Part shown: positions 41,190 through 51,587 of the stretch, piece after piece
Layout: every line of letters begins with the position of its first letter
How positions within the stretch are numbered: the first letter of the stretch is position 1
Notes under the pieces: generated by a model
The model's database searches: none
What the model was told of the DNA's origin: nothing
Seen by the model: the letters and a program-made list of their open reading frames with translations, nothing else
Program-made: the position numbers and the translations under genes
Assembly: GCA_963667725.2 (NCBI GenBank)
Contig: CAXXHO010000003.1
Coordinates: 1,568,001-1,632,000, forward strand
From: Treponemataceae bacterium
GTDB taxonomy: Bacteria; Spirochaetota; Spirochaetia; Treponematales; Rectinemataceae
Direction: 5' to 3'
Length of the DNA: 64,000 nt

Positions 41190-42770
41190 ATGGAACGATC
41201 CGGTCCATTCAAAGGCAGAACGATTGCCGTCGTGAACGATCTTTCGCTCGATGAACAGCGATATCTCTATAAAAAAGCCAGCGAACTGAAGAATCTCGCC
41301 CGTTCGGGCGGGGACCTGAGTCCCTTCAAGATCAACGATCCCAGTTACCAGGCCTACCTCATCTTCATGGAAGACTCGACGAGGACGCGCGAATCTTTCC
41401 GCAACGCGGCAAAATTCCTCGGCTGCCGCACCAATGTCTTCGACGCGGCCTCCAGTTCCTTCAACAAGAACGAATCCATGACGGATGCCATAAAAATGCT
41501 GTATGGCTATTCGGCCGACTCCTGCTTCATCCTGCGCACGAAGCTCGAAGGCGCCTGCCGCTGGCTTCAGGGCGCCCTCTCCCGCTACGCCGAGATTTCC
41601 GGCGGCCCCCGCCCCGGATTCATCAACGCGGGCGACGGGAAGCACGAGCACCCCACCCAGGAATTCCTCGACGAATTCTCCTTTCTCGAACAGCTGAACT
41701 GGAACGAGGACCACATCCATATCGCCCTCACCGGCGACCTCTACCATGGGCGCACCGTCCATTCCAAGGCCGATGGATTGCGGATCTTCCGGAACGTCGA
41801 GGTGGATCTCGTAGCCCCCGAGCTGCTCTCCATGCCGCCCTATTACATCGAAAGGATGAAGGCCAACGGCTACAAGATCAATGCCTACGAATCACTGGAC
41901 GAATACCTGGCTTCGGGCAAGGTGGCGCCCATCTGGTACTTCACGAGGCTTCAGCTCGAACGCATGGGCGACTCGGTGCTGGAACGCGCGCCCTTCCTCC
42001 GGAAAAGCGTGACCTTCCGCAAGGACATGCTGAGCCTCCTGCCCGACGATGCCTGCTTCTACCACCCTCTGCCCCGCGACCGCCTCAATCCGACCAATCC
42101 CACCTTCCTCGATGAGCTGCCGCTCAATCGATGGGACGCGCAGTCGGCCAACGGCTATTGGACGAGGATCATAGAGATAGGCATGGTCTCGGGCCTTCTC
42201 GGCAAGGATTTCGAGGGAGCCTTCGCCATGGAACCGGATATCGTGGAAGACTTCATCATCGAAGCTCCCTCCGCCGACCACAGCAAGCCTGAGTATAAAG
42301 TGGGCATCAAGCCGGTTGAGGAAGGTATCGTCATCGACCATATCGCGTCGGGAGAACCCATCGAAAAGATATGGAGCAACGTGGAGGCGGTGCGCAAGAT
42401 CCTAAAGCTCAACGTCCGCTCGAGCCATGGCGTCTACCACTCATTCAAGGGCACCGATGTCTACAAGGGCATCATCTCCCTGCCTGACATCATCAGCTTC
42501 GGTGAGAAGGACCTGAAAAAACTGGCCGCGATAGCGCCCGGCTGCACGCTCAACCTCATCCGCGATTCGAAGGTCGCGAAAAAATATCGCCTGGCCATGC
42601 CGCCCCGGATCTATGGTTTCGAGGAAATTTCCTGCAAGAATGAGAACTGCATCTCCAATCCGAAGAACAACGAGGGCGTGACCACGGAGTTCAGGCGAAA
42701 GTCGGGTTCCACCTTCGTGTGCCGCTACTGCGAGCGCGAACACCCGTTCAGGGAGATCTGGGACATCTAG
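41190..42770 (+). CDS. pyrBI: Aspartate carbamoyltransferase with fused catalytic and regulatory chains
   Basis: STRT, HPTQ and HPLP in the N-terminal part; PyrI-like GIVIDHI and C.N..C...C.YCE zinc motif at the C-terminus. Confidence 0.93.
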   Translation: MERSGPFKGRTIAVVNDLSLDEQRYLYKKASELKNLARSGGDLSPFKINDPSYQAYLIFMEDSTRTRESFRNAAKFLGCRTNVFDAASSSFNKNESMTDAIKMLYGYSADSCFILRTKLEGACRWLQGALSRYAEISGGPRPGFINAGDGKHEHPTQEFLDEFSFLEQLNWNEDHIHIALTGDLYHGRTVHSKADGLRIFRNVEVDLVAPELLSMPPYYIERMKANGYKINAYESLDEYLASGKVAPIWYFTRLQLERMGDSVLERAPFLRKSVTFRKDMLSLLPDDACFYHPLPRDRLNPTNPTFLDELPLNRWDAQSANGYWTRIIEIGMVSGLLGKDFEGAFAMEPDIVEDFIIEAPSADHSKPEYKVGIKPVEEGIVIDHIASGEPIEKIWSNVEAVRKILKLNVRSSHGVYHSFKGTDVYKGIISLPDIISFGEKDLKKLAAIAPGCTLNLIRDSKVAKKYRLAMPPRIYGFEEISCKNENCISNPKNNEGVTTEFRRKSGSTFVCRYCEREHPFREIWDI

Positions 42771-43531
42771 TCGTTATGCGCTCTTCTGTATTCGTACATG
42801 AAGAGCGCCGCGGCCACCGAAACGTTGAGCGAATCCACATGCCCCCGCATCGGGATCGACACGATGGCGTCCGCCCTTTCGGCGAGAAGCCGCGACACGC
42901 CTTCCCCCTCGTTCCCGAAGACAAAGCAGGTCTTCGCGGGAAGCGGGAGTCCCGGGAGCGGCGCGCCTCCCATGTCGGCGGCGTACACCCAAAAGCCCTT
43001 GCCCTGAAGCCTTTTTATCGCGTCCGCGAGGTTCTGGACGAAAGCCACAGGCACCCAGGCCGAGGCGCCGGCGCTCGTCCTCGCCGCGGCGTCTCCCAAG
43101 GGCGATGCGCGCCGCATCGGGGCCACCACGAGGCTGATGCCGAAAGCGTCGGCCGAGCGCAGTATCGCGCCGAAATTCTGGGGATCTTCGATATGATCCA
43201 GCACCAGGACGAGAGCCTTTTCAGGCGGATCTTCCAGAAAATCTTCCAGGGAGAGGCTTTTTTCTGCGTTCCTGCCGAGCAGGGAAAGCGCTATGCCTTT
43301 ATTGTCGGGATCGATCCTGTCGAGCATGTCCTGGCCGACCTGTTCGACGACAATCCCCTGTTTTTTCGCCAGATCCAGGATATCCCTTACGCGCGGGCCC
43401 TGCTTGCGGCTTCCCAAGCCGGAGGCGACGAGAATCTTCACCTGGGAAGGCTTGGCTTTAAGCGTCTCGAGGATTCCATGAAAACTTGTTATATAGTCCA
43501 CAGAGCGAATACTAGCAGAGGAAGGCTTCAA
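42767..43531 (-). CDS. rlmB: 23S rRNA (guanosine-2'-O)-methyltransferase (SpoU/TrmH family)
   Basis: DPQNFGAILRS, GNEGEG, SLNVSVAA. Confidence 0.88.
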   Translation of the reverse strand: MKPSSASIRSVDYITSFHGILETLKAKPSQVKILVASGLGSRKQGPRVRDILDLAKKQGIVVEQVGQDMLDRIDPDNKGIALSLLGRNAEKSLSLEDFLEDPPEKALVLVLDHIEDPQNFGAILRSADAFGISLVVAPMRRASPLGDAAARTSAGASAWVPVAFVQNLADAIKRLQGKGFWVYAADMGGAPLPGLPLPAKTCFVFGNEGEGVSRLLAERADAIVSIPMRGHVDSLNVSVAAALFMYEYRRAHND

Positions 43532-43589
43532 TGAAAAGTGAGGGACCTTGCCGGATAATCCCGCGAGGTCCCGACTGGCTCAGGCTGTC

Positions 43590-44411
43590 TCAAGGCATGA
43601 CGGTGAATTCCTGGACAAGCTGTATGGCGCTTTCCGCGTGCTTGACGCCTGAAATCGAGTGAGTGGCCGCCAAGGCCGTGTCGATGGAGGACTGCGCGTT
43701 CGCGACGCCATGCAGCACCACCGAGCCTCTCTCGACCGTCGCTTCCAGGAAATGTACGGGGATCTTGCGCGCATAGATGATCTCGGTCACGACATTCTGC
43801 GCGAGCACGAGATCTTCTATCTTCTGCACGCCGGCTTCTTCCTTCCCCTTGTCGACAAAAACCTTGAGGAGCGAATCGATCGCCACCGCCGCGTGAGCGG
43901 GATCGGTATTCCCCGTATTGATGGTCAGATCATATTCTCGGCCATCGGACCAGTCCGTGGAGAAAAAATACTTATGGAAGCCGCCACGGTCATGGTCGCT
44001 CTGTTCGATGATCTGGAGGGCGCGCTTGTTGTCGCAGCCGAAAGTCCTTTTCGTCCTTTCGACCCTGACGGATAAGGGCGCCGTGATCTTCACCGAAAGC
44101 ATATGCGGAACGCCTCTCAGGATGGCATAACCGCCTCGTCCCATGATGATGCAGTTGTTTTCCTGCGCCGCCTCCAGAATCGCCGTCTTGAGAAAATGCA
44201 GGTAGTCGTCCCTCTGCTGCGAGAGCGAAGCCCAGAAACCGGGGTTTCTCTCATCGTATTTTTGCCGCTTCTCGGCGGTTATTCCAATAGAATTGAGCTT
44301 GCCTTCCAGATACTCCTTGTCGATGAGTTTATATCCGGAAATCTGCGACAATTCTTGAGCCGTCTCTTCGCCGAGGGATGCCAGTTCACGCGCTATGGTT
44401 ATTATCGCCAT
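43590..44411 (-). CDS. Cytidylate kinase-like protein with C-terminal BON domain
   Basis: IITIARE..S.G, IMGRG, YDLTINT; C-terminal GSVVLHG...ISGV. Confidence 0.8.
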   Translation of the reverse strand: MAIITIARELASLGEETAQELSQISGYKLIDKEYLEGKLNSIGITAEKRQKYDERNPGFWASLSQQRDDYLHFLKTAILEAAQENNCIIMGRGGYAILRGVPHMLSVKITAPLSVRVERTKRTFGCDNKRALQIIEQSDHDRGGFHKYFFSTDWSDGREYDLTINTGNTDPAHAAVAIDSLLKVFVDKGKEEAGVQKIEDLVLAQNVVTEIIYARKIPVHFLEATVERGSVVLHGVANAQSSIDTALAATHSISGVKHAESAIQLVQEFTVMP

Positions 44412-44581
44412 TGTTTCTCCCTCCTTATTCTATGTTTACTGTATGATTATATTCGCGGTTAGTCAAATTTTTTCCGAAACAGGCTTTCCGGCTTGCCCAG
44501 CGGTTCCCCCTTTTAGGGCCGGAGTACCCGGCTCGGAGCACCCGATGGCACAAGCCTGCCGATATCGGTATACTCAGCCCG

Positions 44582-45484
44582 ATGGAAAAGTTAGGCGCCT
44601 TGGCGGCCTTCGGGACGGCTTTCTGCTGGTCCATCTCCGCCATATTCTTTGAAAACGCGTCCAGGAAATTCGGCGCCCTCGCCGTCAACTTCTGGAAAGT
44701 CGTTTTCGCTTTTTTTCTCCTCGCCCTGGCGGGAACCATCCTTAACGGCCAGCCCCTTCCCTTTAGCGCTTCGCCCAGGACATGGCTCTACCTATGTCTT
44801 TCGGGCGTCATAGGCTTCCTGGTTTCGGACTATTTCCTCTTCAATGCCTACATACTCATCGGATCGCGCATAAGCGTCGTATTCCAGGCCCTGACGCCGC
44901 TTTTCACCGCCCTGTTCGCCTTCGTCTTCCTGGGCGAAAGAATGAAGCCGCTCCGGCTTCTCGGAATGGCCATTGTCGTGGGCGGCATCCTCATGGTGGT
45001 TTTATCGAGACAGAGAAAACAAAAAAGCGAAGGCAAGCCGTTCTTGGCATCTAAAAAAGGTTATGTCTACGCCCTGCTTTCGGCCGTTTTCCAGGCCGCT
45101 GGCCTGATCTTCTCAAAAGTCGGCCTCGGCGACAGCAACGCCATCGCCGGCACGCAGATCAGAGTGATGACCGCGATTCTGGGGTTTGGGCTTCAAGCCT
45201 TGCTTACCGGCCACGCGGTGCAGGTTTTCAAAGTCACGCCGAAGGAAAGGACTTTCCTGAAGAACCTGGGCATCGGCGCTATTTTCGGTCCTTTCCTGGG
45301 CGTCACCTTCTCGCTTTTCGCCCTTCAGAATACCGAAGCGGGCACGGCCAGCACCCTGATGGCGCTCACGCCAGTGCTCATCATCCCGCCCACGATTTTC
45401 ATCCTCAAACAAAAAGTGCAGGCCATGGAAGTCGCGGGCGCCGTCGTGGCGGTGAGCGGCGCCGCGCTTTTCTTTCTTCTGTAG
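44582..45484 (+). CDS. DMT/EamA-family transporter
   Basis: Ten TM helices in two repeats, FLGE motif. Confidence 0.88.
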   Translation: MEKLGALAAFGTAFCWSISAIFFENASRKFGALAVNFWKVVFAFFLLALAGTILNGQPLPFSASPRTWLYLCLSGVIGFLVSDYFLFNAYILIGSRISVVFQALTPLFTALFAFVFLGERMKPLRLLGMAIVVGGILMVVLSRQRKQKSEGKPFLASKKGYVYALLSAVFQAAGLIFSKVGLGDSNAIAGTQIRVMTAILGFGLQALLTGHAVQVFKVTPKERTFLKNLGIGAIFGPFLGVTFSLFALQNTEAGTASTLMALTPVLIIPPTIFILKQKVQAMEVAGAVVAVSGAALFFLL

Positions 45485-45554
45485 GCGGACTTCAGGCATT
45501 TTTTATGCACGAATCCAGTGCATTGATATATAATTGATCCTAAAGGAGCGCGCA

Positions 45555-46583
45555 ATGAAGGCTCTCGTGAAAAGCAAGGCCGAACCCGGACTGTGGATGC
45601 AGGAAGTGCCCATGCCCGAGATCGGCGACAACGATCTTCTGGTTCGCGTCAAGAAAACGGCTATCTGCGGCACCGACGTCCACATCTGGAAATGGGACGC
45701 CTGGTCCCAGCGCACCATCGGCATCGGGCAAACTGTCGGCCACGAATTCGTGGGCGAAATCGTCGAGATGGGACGTTCCGTAGCCGGGTACAAAATCGGC
45801 GAGAGAGTCTCGGCGGAAGGTCATATCGTCTGCGGCGTCTGCAGGGCGTGCAGGGCCGGCAAGCGCCACCTCTGTCCCAACACCATCGGCATTGGCGTCA
45901 ACAGGAACGGCTGTTTCGCCGAATACGTATCCGTGCCGGCCTCCAACGCATGGCATGTCCACGATTCCATTTCCGACGATATTGCCGCCATTTTCGATCC
46001 CTACGGCAACGCCACCCATACCGCCCTCTCCTTCGATATGATCGGCGAGGACGTGCTCATCACCGGCGCCGGCCCCATCGGCTGCATGGCTGCCGCCATT
46101 TCCAAGCATGTCGGCGCGCGGAATGTCGTCATCACCGACGTGAACGACTGGCGACTCGATCTCGCTAAGAAATTGGGCGCCACCCGAACCGTGAATACCG
46201 CGAAGGAATCCCTCAAGGCGGTGCAGCAGGAGCTGGGCATGGTCGGCGGCTTCGATATCGGCCTCGAAATGTCGGGAAACCCCAAAGCCTTGGAACAGAT
46301 GATAGAGAACATGTACAACGGCGGCAGGATGGCTCTTTTAGGCCTTCTCCCCGACGGGGCCGGCATCGACTGGAGCCGCGTCATATTCAAAGGCCTCTTC
46401 CTCAAAGGGATCTACGGCCGCGAAATTTTCGAGACCTGGTACAAGATGCAGGCCATGCTTCTTTCAGGCCTCGATATCAGCCCCGTGATCACGCATCGCT
46501 ATTCCTTCGACGACTTCGAAAAGGGCTTCGACGCCATGCTCTCGGGGCAGTCGGGCAAAGTGATCCTCAGCTTCGATTGGTGA
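45555..46583 (+). CDS. tdh: L-threonine 3-dehydrogenase
   Basis: [34 protein letters not shown]. Confidence 0.95.
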   Translation: MKALVKSKAEPGLWMQEVPMPEIGDNDLLVRVKKTAICGTDVHIWKWDAWSQRTIGIGQTVGHEFVGEIVEMGRSVAGYKIGERVSAEGHIVCGVCRACRAGKRHLCPNTIGIGVNRNGCFAEYVSVPASNAWHVHDSISDDIAAIFDPYGNATHTALSFDMIGEDVLITGAGPIGCMAAAISKHVGARNVVITDVNDWRLDLAKKLGATRTVNTAKESLKAVQQELGMVGGFDIGLEMSGNPKALEQMIENMYNGGRMALLGLLPDGAGIDWSRVIFKGLFLKGIYGREIFETWYKMQAMLLSGLDISPVITHRYSFDDFEKGFDAMLSGQSGKVILSFDW

Positions 46584-46676
46584 GAAAGGCAGTTCGCGTT
46601 TTTTAACCGAGGAGGGGGAACCTACGGTTCCTCCTCTACTCTCGATACATGCCGTCTTTTCTGCTATACTCCCCTC

Positions 46677-48125
46677 GTGAAAGAACACGCATATAAAGGC
46701 GATCGACGTCCGGGCGGATCGCCCCGCCGTTTCGAAAAACCCCGGTCAACGCAAAAGCCGGAGATCCAGCCGCTTTCCTCGATGGTGATCCAGTCCCTCA
46801 GGATAGAGAGCGACTGCGTAAAAGCCCTGGCCGCCCTGCCCGCCATATTCGACGAGACCGTCCCGCTTACGCAAAAACACAGGGTGGAACTAGGTCACAC
46901 CATCAGATCGCTTTGGGAAGACCTCACCTCCGAACGCGAACACCGCACGGCTGAGTATTTGAGCTCGCCTGCCTATTATTCGGCATACGTGCGCTATTTC
47001 CTTCCCTGGAACATCATCCGCCTCTCATCGATCTTTTCCGGCCTTCCGCTCGAACTGGACGACGGAGCGACAATCGTCGATATCGGCTCGGGGCCGATGA
47101 CCCTACCGATAGCTCTCTATATCGCCCGCCCCGACCTGCGGAAAAAACAACTCACAATTTACTGCCTGGATAAGACGGAACACATTCTCAAGGTCGGCCA
47201 GACAATTTTCGAGAGTCTCGGCGTCAGGCTTTCCAGCGCCCTGCCCCCCTGGAAAATCATACCCCTGAGACAGCAGTTTGGGTCCTTTCTGCCGGAAAAG
47301 GCTGACCTGCTCACCGCCGCCAATGTCTTCAACGAGTTTTTCTGGAAGAGCAAGACACCGCTCGGCATGCGCGCCCTCCTCACGGCCCGCCAGCTCCTGG
47401 GATACCTGAAGGATTCGGGCTCGATCTTCCTCATGGAACCGGGCGACCCGCGTTCCGGCTCCTTCATCAGCTCGGTCCGCGCCGCCCTGTCGGCCTTTGG
47501 GGCTTTCCCTGTAGCGCCCTGTCCTCACAGCCATTCCTGCCCTATGCCCGGCATTTTCCGCAGCCTTTCCTCGCCAGGCGAGGAACTCCCCACGGGAGCC
47601 TCGTCCAAAAACCTCTCCGACGTCGTCATGCCCAAAAGGCGCGACAAATATCCCTGGTGCCATTTCACCATCGGAACGGAGAGCGCTCCGACATGGCTCA
47701 AGACGCTGTCCGACGAAGCGGGGCTCTCCAAGGACAAACTGGTTTTCTCATATCTATTGTCGACCTTGCCCAGGATGCCCCTCCAGGCGAAAAAGCCGCC
47801 GGAATCTCCAGCTCTGCTGCGCATCGTTTCCGAAGAGTTCCCCCTGCCTAACTTCAAGGCAGGCCGCTATGCCTGCTCGGCAGAGGGCTACAGCCTCGCG
47901 CGCTATTCGCCCCTAAGCTTTGGCTTCGCGAGCGGGGATCTCGTCCGCATGCCTCAGCCAGCCGGCCTTGCCGCGCCAGGCGCCCCGAGGGAAAAGCGCC
48001 CGGCGGGAAAGCCCCAAACGCGTTTAGCCGACATCCTGGACCATCGTCCGATACCCTCGGCCAAGGCCGCCGGCAAGGGCAAAGACATCGATGAAAAATC
48101 GGGAGCGATAATCGTTTCCTATTGA
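46677..48125 (+). CDS. Rsm22-like SAM-dependent methyltransferase
   Basis: AYVRYFLP, DIGSGP, EPG, APCPH...CP, WCHF, FSYL. Confidence 0.75.
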   Translation: MKEHAYKGDRRPGGSPRRFEKPRSTQKPEIQPLSSMVIQSLRIESDCVKALAALPAIFDETVPLTQKHRVELGHTIRSLWEDLTSEREHRTAEYLSSPAYYSAYVRYFLPWNIIRLSSIFSGLPLELDDGATIVDIGSGPMTLPIALYIARPDLRKKQLTIYCLDKTEHILKVGQTIFESLGVRLSSALPPWKIIPLRQQFGSFLPEKADLLTAANVFNEFFWKSKTPLGMRALLTARQLLGYLKDSGSIFLMEPGDPRSGSFISSVRAALSAFGAFPVAPCPHSHSCPMPGIFRSLSSPGEELPTGASSKNLSDVVMPKRRDKYPWCHFTIGTESAPTWLKTLSDEAGLSKDKLVFSYLLSTLPRMPLQAKKPPESPALLRIVSEEFPLPNFKAGRYACSAEGYSLARYSPLSFGFASGDLVRMPQPAGLAAPGAPREKRPAGKPQTRLADILDHRPIPSAKAAGKGKDIDEKSGAIIVSY

Positions 48126-48150
48126 CATTAGGGTTCAATCCATATATATT
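48122..48150 (+). promoter_or_regulatory. Sigma70 promoter of the tRNA genes
   Basis: TTGACA-17 bp-TATATT. Confidence 0.75.
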
Positions 48151-48172
48151 TCGTCTTCGTCAGCAATGACAC

Positions 48173-48246
48173 GGGGGCGTAGCGAAGCTGGTTATCGCGC
48201 TGGCCTGTCAAGCCGGAGATCGCGGGTTCGATACCCGTCGCTCCCG
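48173..48246 (+). tRNA. tRNA-Asp(GTC)
   Basis: Full cloverleaf: GGGGGCG/CGCTCCC acceptor, CTGGC-CTGTCAA-GCCGG anticodon arm, GGTTCGA T-loop. Confidence 0.96.
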
Positions 48247-48267
48247 ATTCGCCTCTTGGGGCGATCC

Positions 48268-48297
48268 AACCCGTCAATCAAACTGACGGGTTTTTTT
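48268..48297 (+). terminator. Terminator-like hairpin between the two tRNAs
   Basis: AACCCGTCA-ATCAAAC-TGACGGGTT plus T run. Confidence 0.65.
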
Positions 48298-48301
48298 ATT
48301 A

Positions 48302-48374
48302 CGGGCTGTAGCGCAGGGGCTAGCGCGCTTGGTTCGGGACCAAGATGTCGGAGGTTCAAATCCTCTCAGCCCGA
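48302..48374 (+). tRNA. tRNA-Pro(CGG)
   Basis: CGGGCTG/CAGCCCG acceptor, CTTGG-TTCGGGA-CCAAG anticodon arm, GGTTCAAATCC T arm. Confidence 0.96.
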
Positions 48375-48383
48375 TTTTATGAT

Positions 48384-48409
48384 AAGCCACTCGAAAGAGT
48401 GGCTTTTTT
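48384..48409 (+). terminator. Intrinsic terminator after tRNA-Pro
   Basis: AAGCCACTC-GAAA-GAGTGGCTT-TTTT. Confidence 0.85.
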
Positions 48410-48579
48410 ATTGTCCTACAACAACTTAACGAAAATAAATAACGTTATACGCCACATGTTGCAAAGCTCAAAAAACAGCCCTATTATAGGCAAAAATGAG
48501 GCTCGCGGGGTACAAATGGAGTACATCGTATTTTTTATGCCTCCAGCTCGCGCGCATAACGCTTTTAAGGGAGATAGCC

Positions 48580-49917
48580 ATGGGGACCAAGTACCACCTT
48601 TTTTCACGCGATCGGACCGGAAAGGACGGTAAAATAGTTCGCCGCTGGTACTACTGGTACTGGGGGGAAGATGGCGTAAGGATCAAAAAGGCCGCCGGAC
48701 CTAATGGCAGCGCCCCCCTCCTGAAGAGAGAAGCGCAAGACTACATCGACCAGCTAGATGCCCCTCTAGTAATGCCAGGGCTCATCCCTGCCCTATCTAG
48801 CCCGCCGGCAAGCTTTGCCCCCTATGGAGCACCACGTACATTCAAGGCTTTCGCAGACACTCTCTATCTTCCTGATTCGCAGCATCTCAAGAGGAAAGCG
48901 CTCACCGATGGGGAACCAATCAGTGAAGACACTAGAACAGGGCATCGCAGTCGACTAAAAAACTACCTCATTCCAAAATGGGGCGAATGCTCTTGGGCTA
49001 CGTTTGCAGAACCGGGATTCCCCGATGATTTCACGGATTGGCTTGTTGATCTTGAGAGGATCCCGAAACACAAAGAAGGCACCCGTGTCCCTGATCCAGT
49101 TCCTATCTCCAACTCAACCAGGAATTCTCTTATAGAGACAATGACGATATCCCTAAGGGAAGCGAAACGGGCAAGATTGATCCTACAAGTCCCTGAGTTT
49201 GAGCGATTCAATAGGCTATCTCGTCACCAGGACACCCTTACGAATGAGGAACTGATTAAGCTCTTTCCGGAAGATCCGGATAAGCTCAAGAAAATATGGC
49301 AGCTCGAGGATGGCCGCGACTTGAATACTGGGTTGCTTTTCGGCGCTATGTGTTGTCTCGGAGTGTCGGCGGGGCTTCGATCCGGAGAACTTCGCGCGGT
49401 CTCGGCAGATCAAATAATCCGTACTCGACAACCGGATGGAGCTATGACCTATGGCCTTATAGTTGATAGAGCCTTGAACAGAAATAATGAGATCGCAGGA
49501 CTGAAGAAGGCTAACAAAGAAGATCTTCGCGTCCGTGTTGTCGTTTTATCGGATAAAACCATGCGAATACTTGATATGTACCTAACCAGTATCAAGCACA
49601 AGGAAGGACTACTCTTCCTCCATCGAGGCCAACCGGTTCGGAAAGAGAATCTTGGGAGACGCTGGGCCGGAGGGCTCAAACAAGCGAAGATTCCTTTAAA
49701 AGGGAGGCGGCTTACTCCTCATGCAATGCGGTACACCTACAATACACGCATGAGGATGCTGCTTTCAGAGCAGGTACTCCAGGAGGTAGTCGGACACAGG
49801 TCGGATGCCATGACGGCTCTCTATGATCGGCCTCACCTTGTAGAACGGTTGAAGCAACTATCAGATCAACAAGGTGCTTTCAATAAATTCTGGGGAGAGG
49901 TTAAAGCCATCACCTAA
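48580..49917 (+). CDS. Tyrosine recombinase / phage integrase
   Basis: GLRSGE (R), HAMR (HxxR), GH...TALY (H, Y); AAGGGAG RBS; possible promoter TTGCAA-17-TATTAT at 48459-48487. Confidence 0.93.
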   Translation: MGTKYHLFSRDRTGKDGKIVRRWYYWYWGEDGVRIKKAAGPNGSAPLLKREAQDYIDQLDAPLVMPGLIPALSSPPASFAPYGAPRTFKAFADTLYLPDSQHLKRKALTDGEPISEDTRTGHRSRLKNYLIPKWGECSWATFAEPGFPDDFTDWLVDLERIPKHKEGTRVPDPVPISNSTRNSLIETMTISLREAKRARLILQVPEFERFNRLSRHQDTLTNEELIKLFPEDPDKLKKIWQLEDGRDLNTGLLFGAMCCLGVSAGLRSGELRAVSADQIIRTRQPDGAMTYGLIVDRALNRNNEIAGLKKANKEDLRVRVVVLSDKTMRILDMYLTSIKHKEGLLFLHRGQPVRKENLGRRWAGGLKQAKIPLKGRRLTPHAMRYTYNTRMRMLLSEQVLQEVVGHRSDAMTALYDRPHLVERLKQLSDQQGAFNKFWGEVKAIT

Positions 49918-50025
49918 AAGCAGTAATTGTGAAGTGGTTTTCGCGACCGGAGAATTAGTAACTTCTCAAGCATATCAAGGTAATATTTATTTACTACAGC
50001 CCTCATTAACTAATATTTTTACTTA

Positions 50026-50739
50026 GGGGCTGTACTAGATAAAATAAGATGTTATACTTAAAAAGTGATCATAAGTCATTGCAGGTTAATGAAAAGAACA
50101 CAAGAAAGACTCCTCGAATTCTTTGTGCTAGAAGTAACTGCTAGATCTGCTGCAAATATACTAGAAATTCATTCTAATTCTGCAGCTCTTTTCTATCGGA
50201 AAATTCGTCAAGTTATAGCCTTTCATGTAGCCCAGGAAGCAGCTGAAGTATTCAATGGTGAAGTAGAAATCGATGAAAGCTACTTCGGTGGAGTTCGCAA
50301 AGGTAAACGAGGCCGAGGCGCTGCTGGGAAAGTAGTCGTCTTTGGCATGCTAAAGCGCCATGGCAAGGTTTTCACCGTTGTTGTGGAGAATACCAAGACA
50401 AAGACCCTAATGAACGAAATTGCCCGTAAAATCAAGCCCGATAGCGTTGTCTATACTGATGCCTATCATAGTTACGATGCGTTGGACGTTAGTGAATTCC
50501 ATCATCTCCGAATAAATCATTCAGATATATTTGTTGATGAAAAGAATCACATCAACGGAATAGAAAACTTTTGGAACCAAGCTAAAAGAGTATTAAGAAA
50601 GTACAATGGAATAGACAAGAAATATTTCTATCTGTTTCTGAAAGAATGTGAGTTCCGATTCAACTACGGAACACCAAAGAATCAACTTAAAATTCTTAGA
50701 AAATGGTGCTCAATCTAGACTTTTATCTAGTACAGCCCC
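50026..50739 (+). mobile_element. IS1595-family (IS1016 group) insertion sequence, 714 bp
   Basis: Perfect 19-bp terminal inverted repeats GGGGCTGTACTAGATAAAA; 8-bp target duplication TTTACTTA at 50018-50025 and 50740-50747. Confidence 0.95.
50065..50718 (+). CDS. IS1016-like DDE transposase
   Basis: LLEFFVLEVTARSAA, EIDESYFGG, GKRGRGAAGK, YTD, NHINGIENFW, LKECEFRFN. Confidence 0.95.
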   Translation: MIISHCRLMKRTQERLLEFFVLEVTARSAANILEIHSNSAALFYRKIRQVIAFHVAQEAAEVFNGEVEIDESYFGGVRKGKRGRGAAGKVVVFGMLKRHGKVFTVVVENTKTKTLMNEIARKIKPDSVVYTDAYHSYDALDVSEFHHLRINHSDIFVDEKNHINGIENFWNQAKRVLRKYNGIDKKYFYLFLKECEFRFNYGTPKNQLKILRKWCSI

Positions 50740-50780
50740 TTTACTTATTACCTTATCCGAAGAAAAGCAATAAAATAGTA

Positions 50781-51587
50781 TTAGTTTTTTGATATTTTGG
50801 GTCTTTTAATATTAAACAAGAGTCTTTCTGCATCAATTGCTTTATTTATGTAAGTCAACATGCACAAAGCGAGAATATACATTACTATTCCTATAATGAC
50901 TAAGACAATTGAATTCACAATATCAATGGCCATGTAGATTGCAATGGTTAAGCCGAATAATACTCCAAATGCGATAATTAACGAATACTGGTAAGCTTCA
51001 CGAGTATCTTTTGAGATTGATGAAAAATATAAAACCAAACTCGATGCAGCAAATATCATAGCTGGCGAGACAAAAATCACCGCAATAGTCCATTCCAGAA
51101 TAGCTACTCCACTAATACCTACAAAAGCAATCGCAAGACTCAATTCGAGTATCCCTAATACCCATGCAATAACAACGGAAGGTAATACTATTTCTCCTAA
51201 TTTTGTTATAAAAATTGATCTTATGCTCATTGGCATACAAACAAGTGTTTCCAAAGTACCCTGTTCTTTTTCCTCAATAATAAGGCTAATTCCAATGATA
51301 AATGGAAAAGCTAACTGTAAAAGTAAATAATATAAAGGTAACACATTATTAAAAATCACTAAATATGCCGGATTAACAGTACCTTGGTATCTAGCAAGAG
51401 TCACCGCCCAAAATCTGCTCTGATTTGTAAGCGCTACCACATCAATTAAATTACCAAAGGTTATTGAATAGACTGCGATATTCATTATTATCAGCAATAA
51501 AGGTATTGCAATAAGTGCACTTGCATTCTTTTTATCAGCAAAGATATACCTAAGGTCACTTTTAATTAAGAATAATCTTGAATTCAT
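50781..51587 (-). CDS. ABC-2 type permease (peptide export/immunity)
   Basis: EEKEQGTLETLVCMP motif, six TM helices; AT-rich. Confidence 0.85.
   Translation of the reverse strand: MNSRLFLIKSDLRYIFADKKNASALIAIPLLLIIMNIAVYSITFGNLIDVVALTNQSRFWAVTLARYQGTVNPAYLVIFNNVLPLYYLLLQLAFPFIIGISLIIEEKEQGTLETLVCMPMSIRSIFITKLGEIVLPSVVIAWVLGILELSLAIAFVGISGVAILEWTIAVIFVSPAMIFAASSLVLYFSSISKDTREAYQYSLIIAFGVLFGLTIAIYMAIDIVNSIVLVIIGIVMYILALCMLTYINKAIDAERLLFNIKRPKISKN

Noticed and set aside
41190..42770. PyrB-PyrI fusion
   Set aside because: Already described in Thermotoga and Treponema denticola; useful only as a taxonomic hint
45555..46583. tdh without a neighbouring kbl
   Set aside because: kbl may lie elsewhere in the genome; cannot be judged from this window
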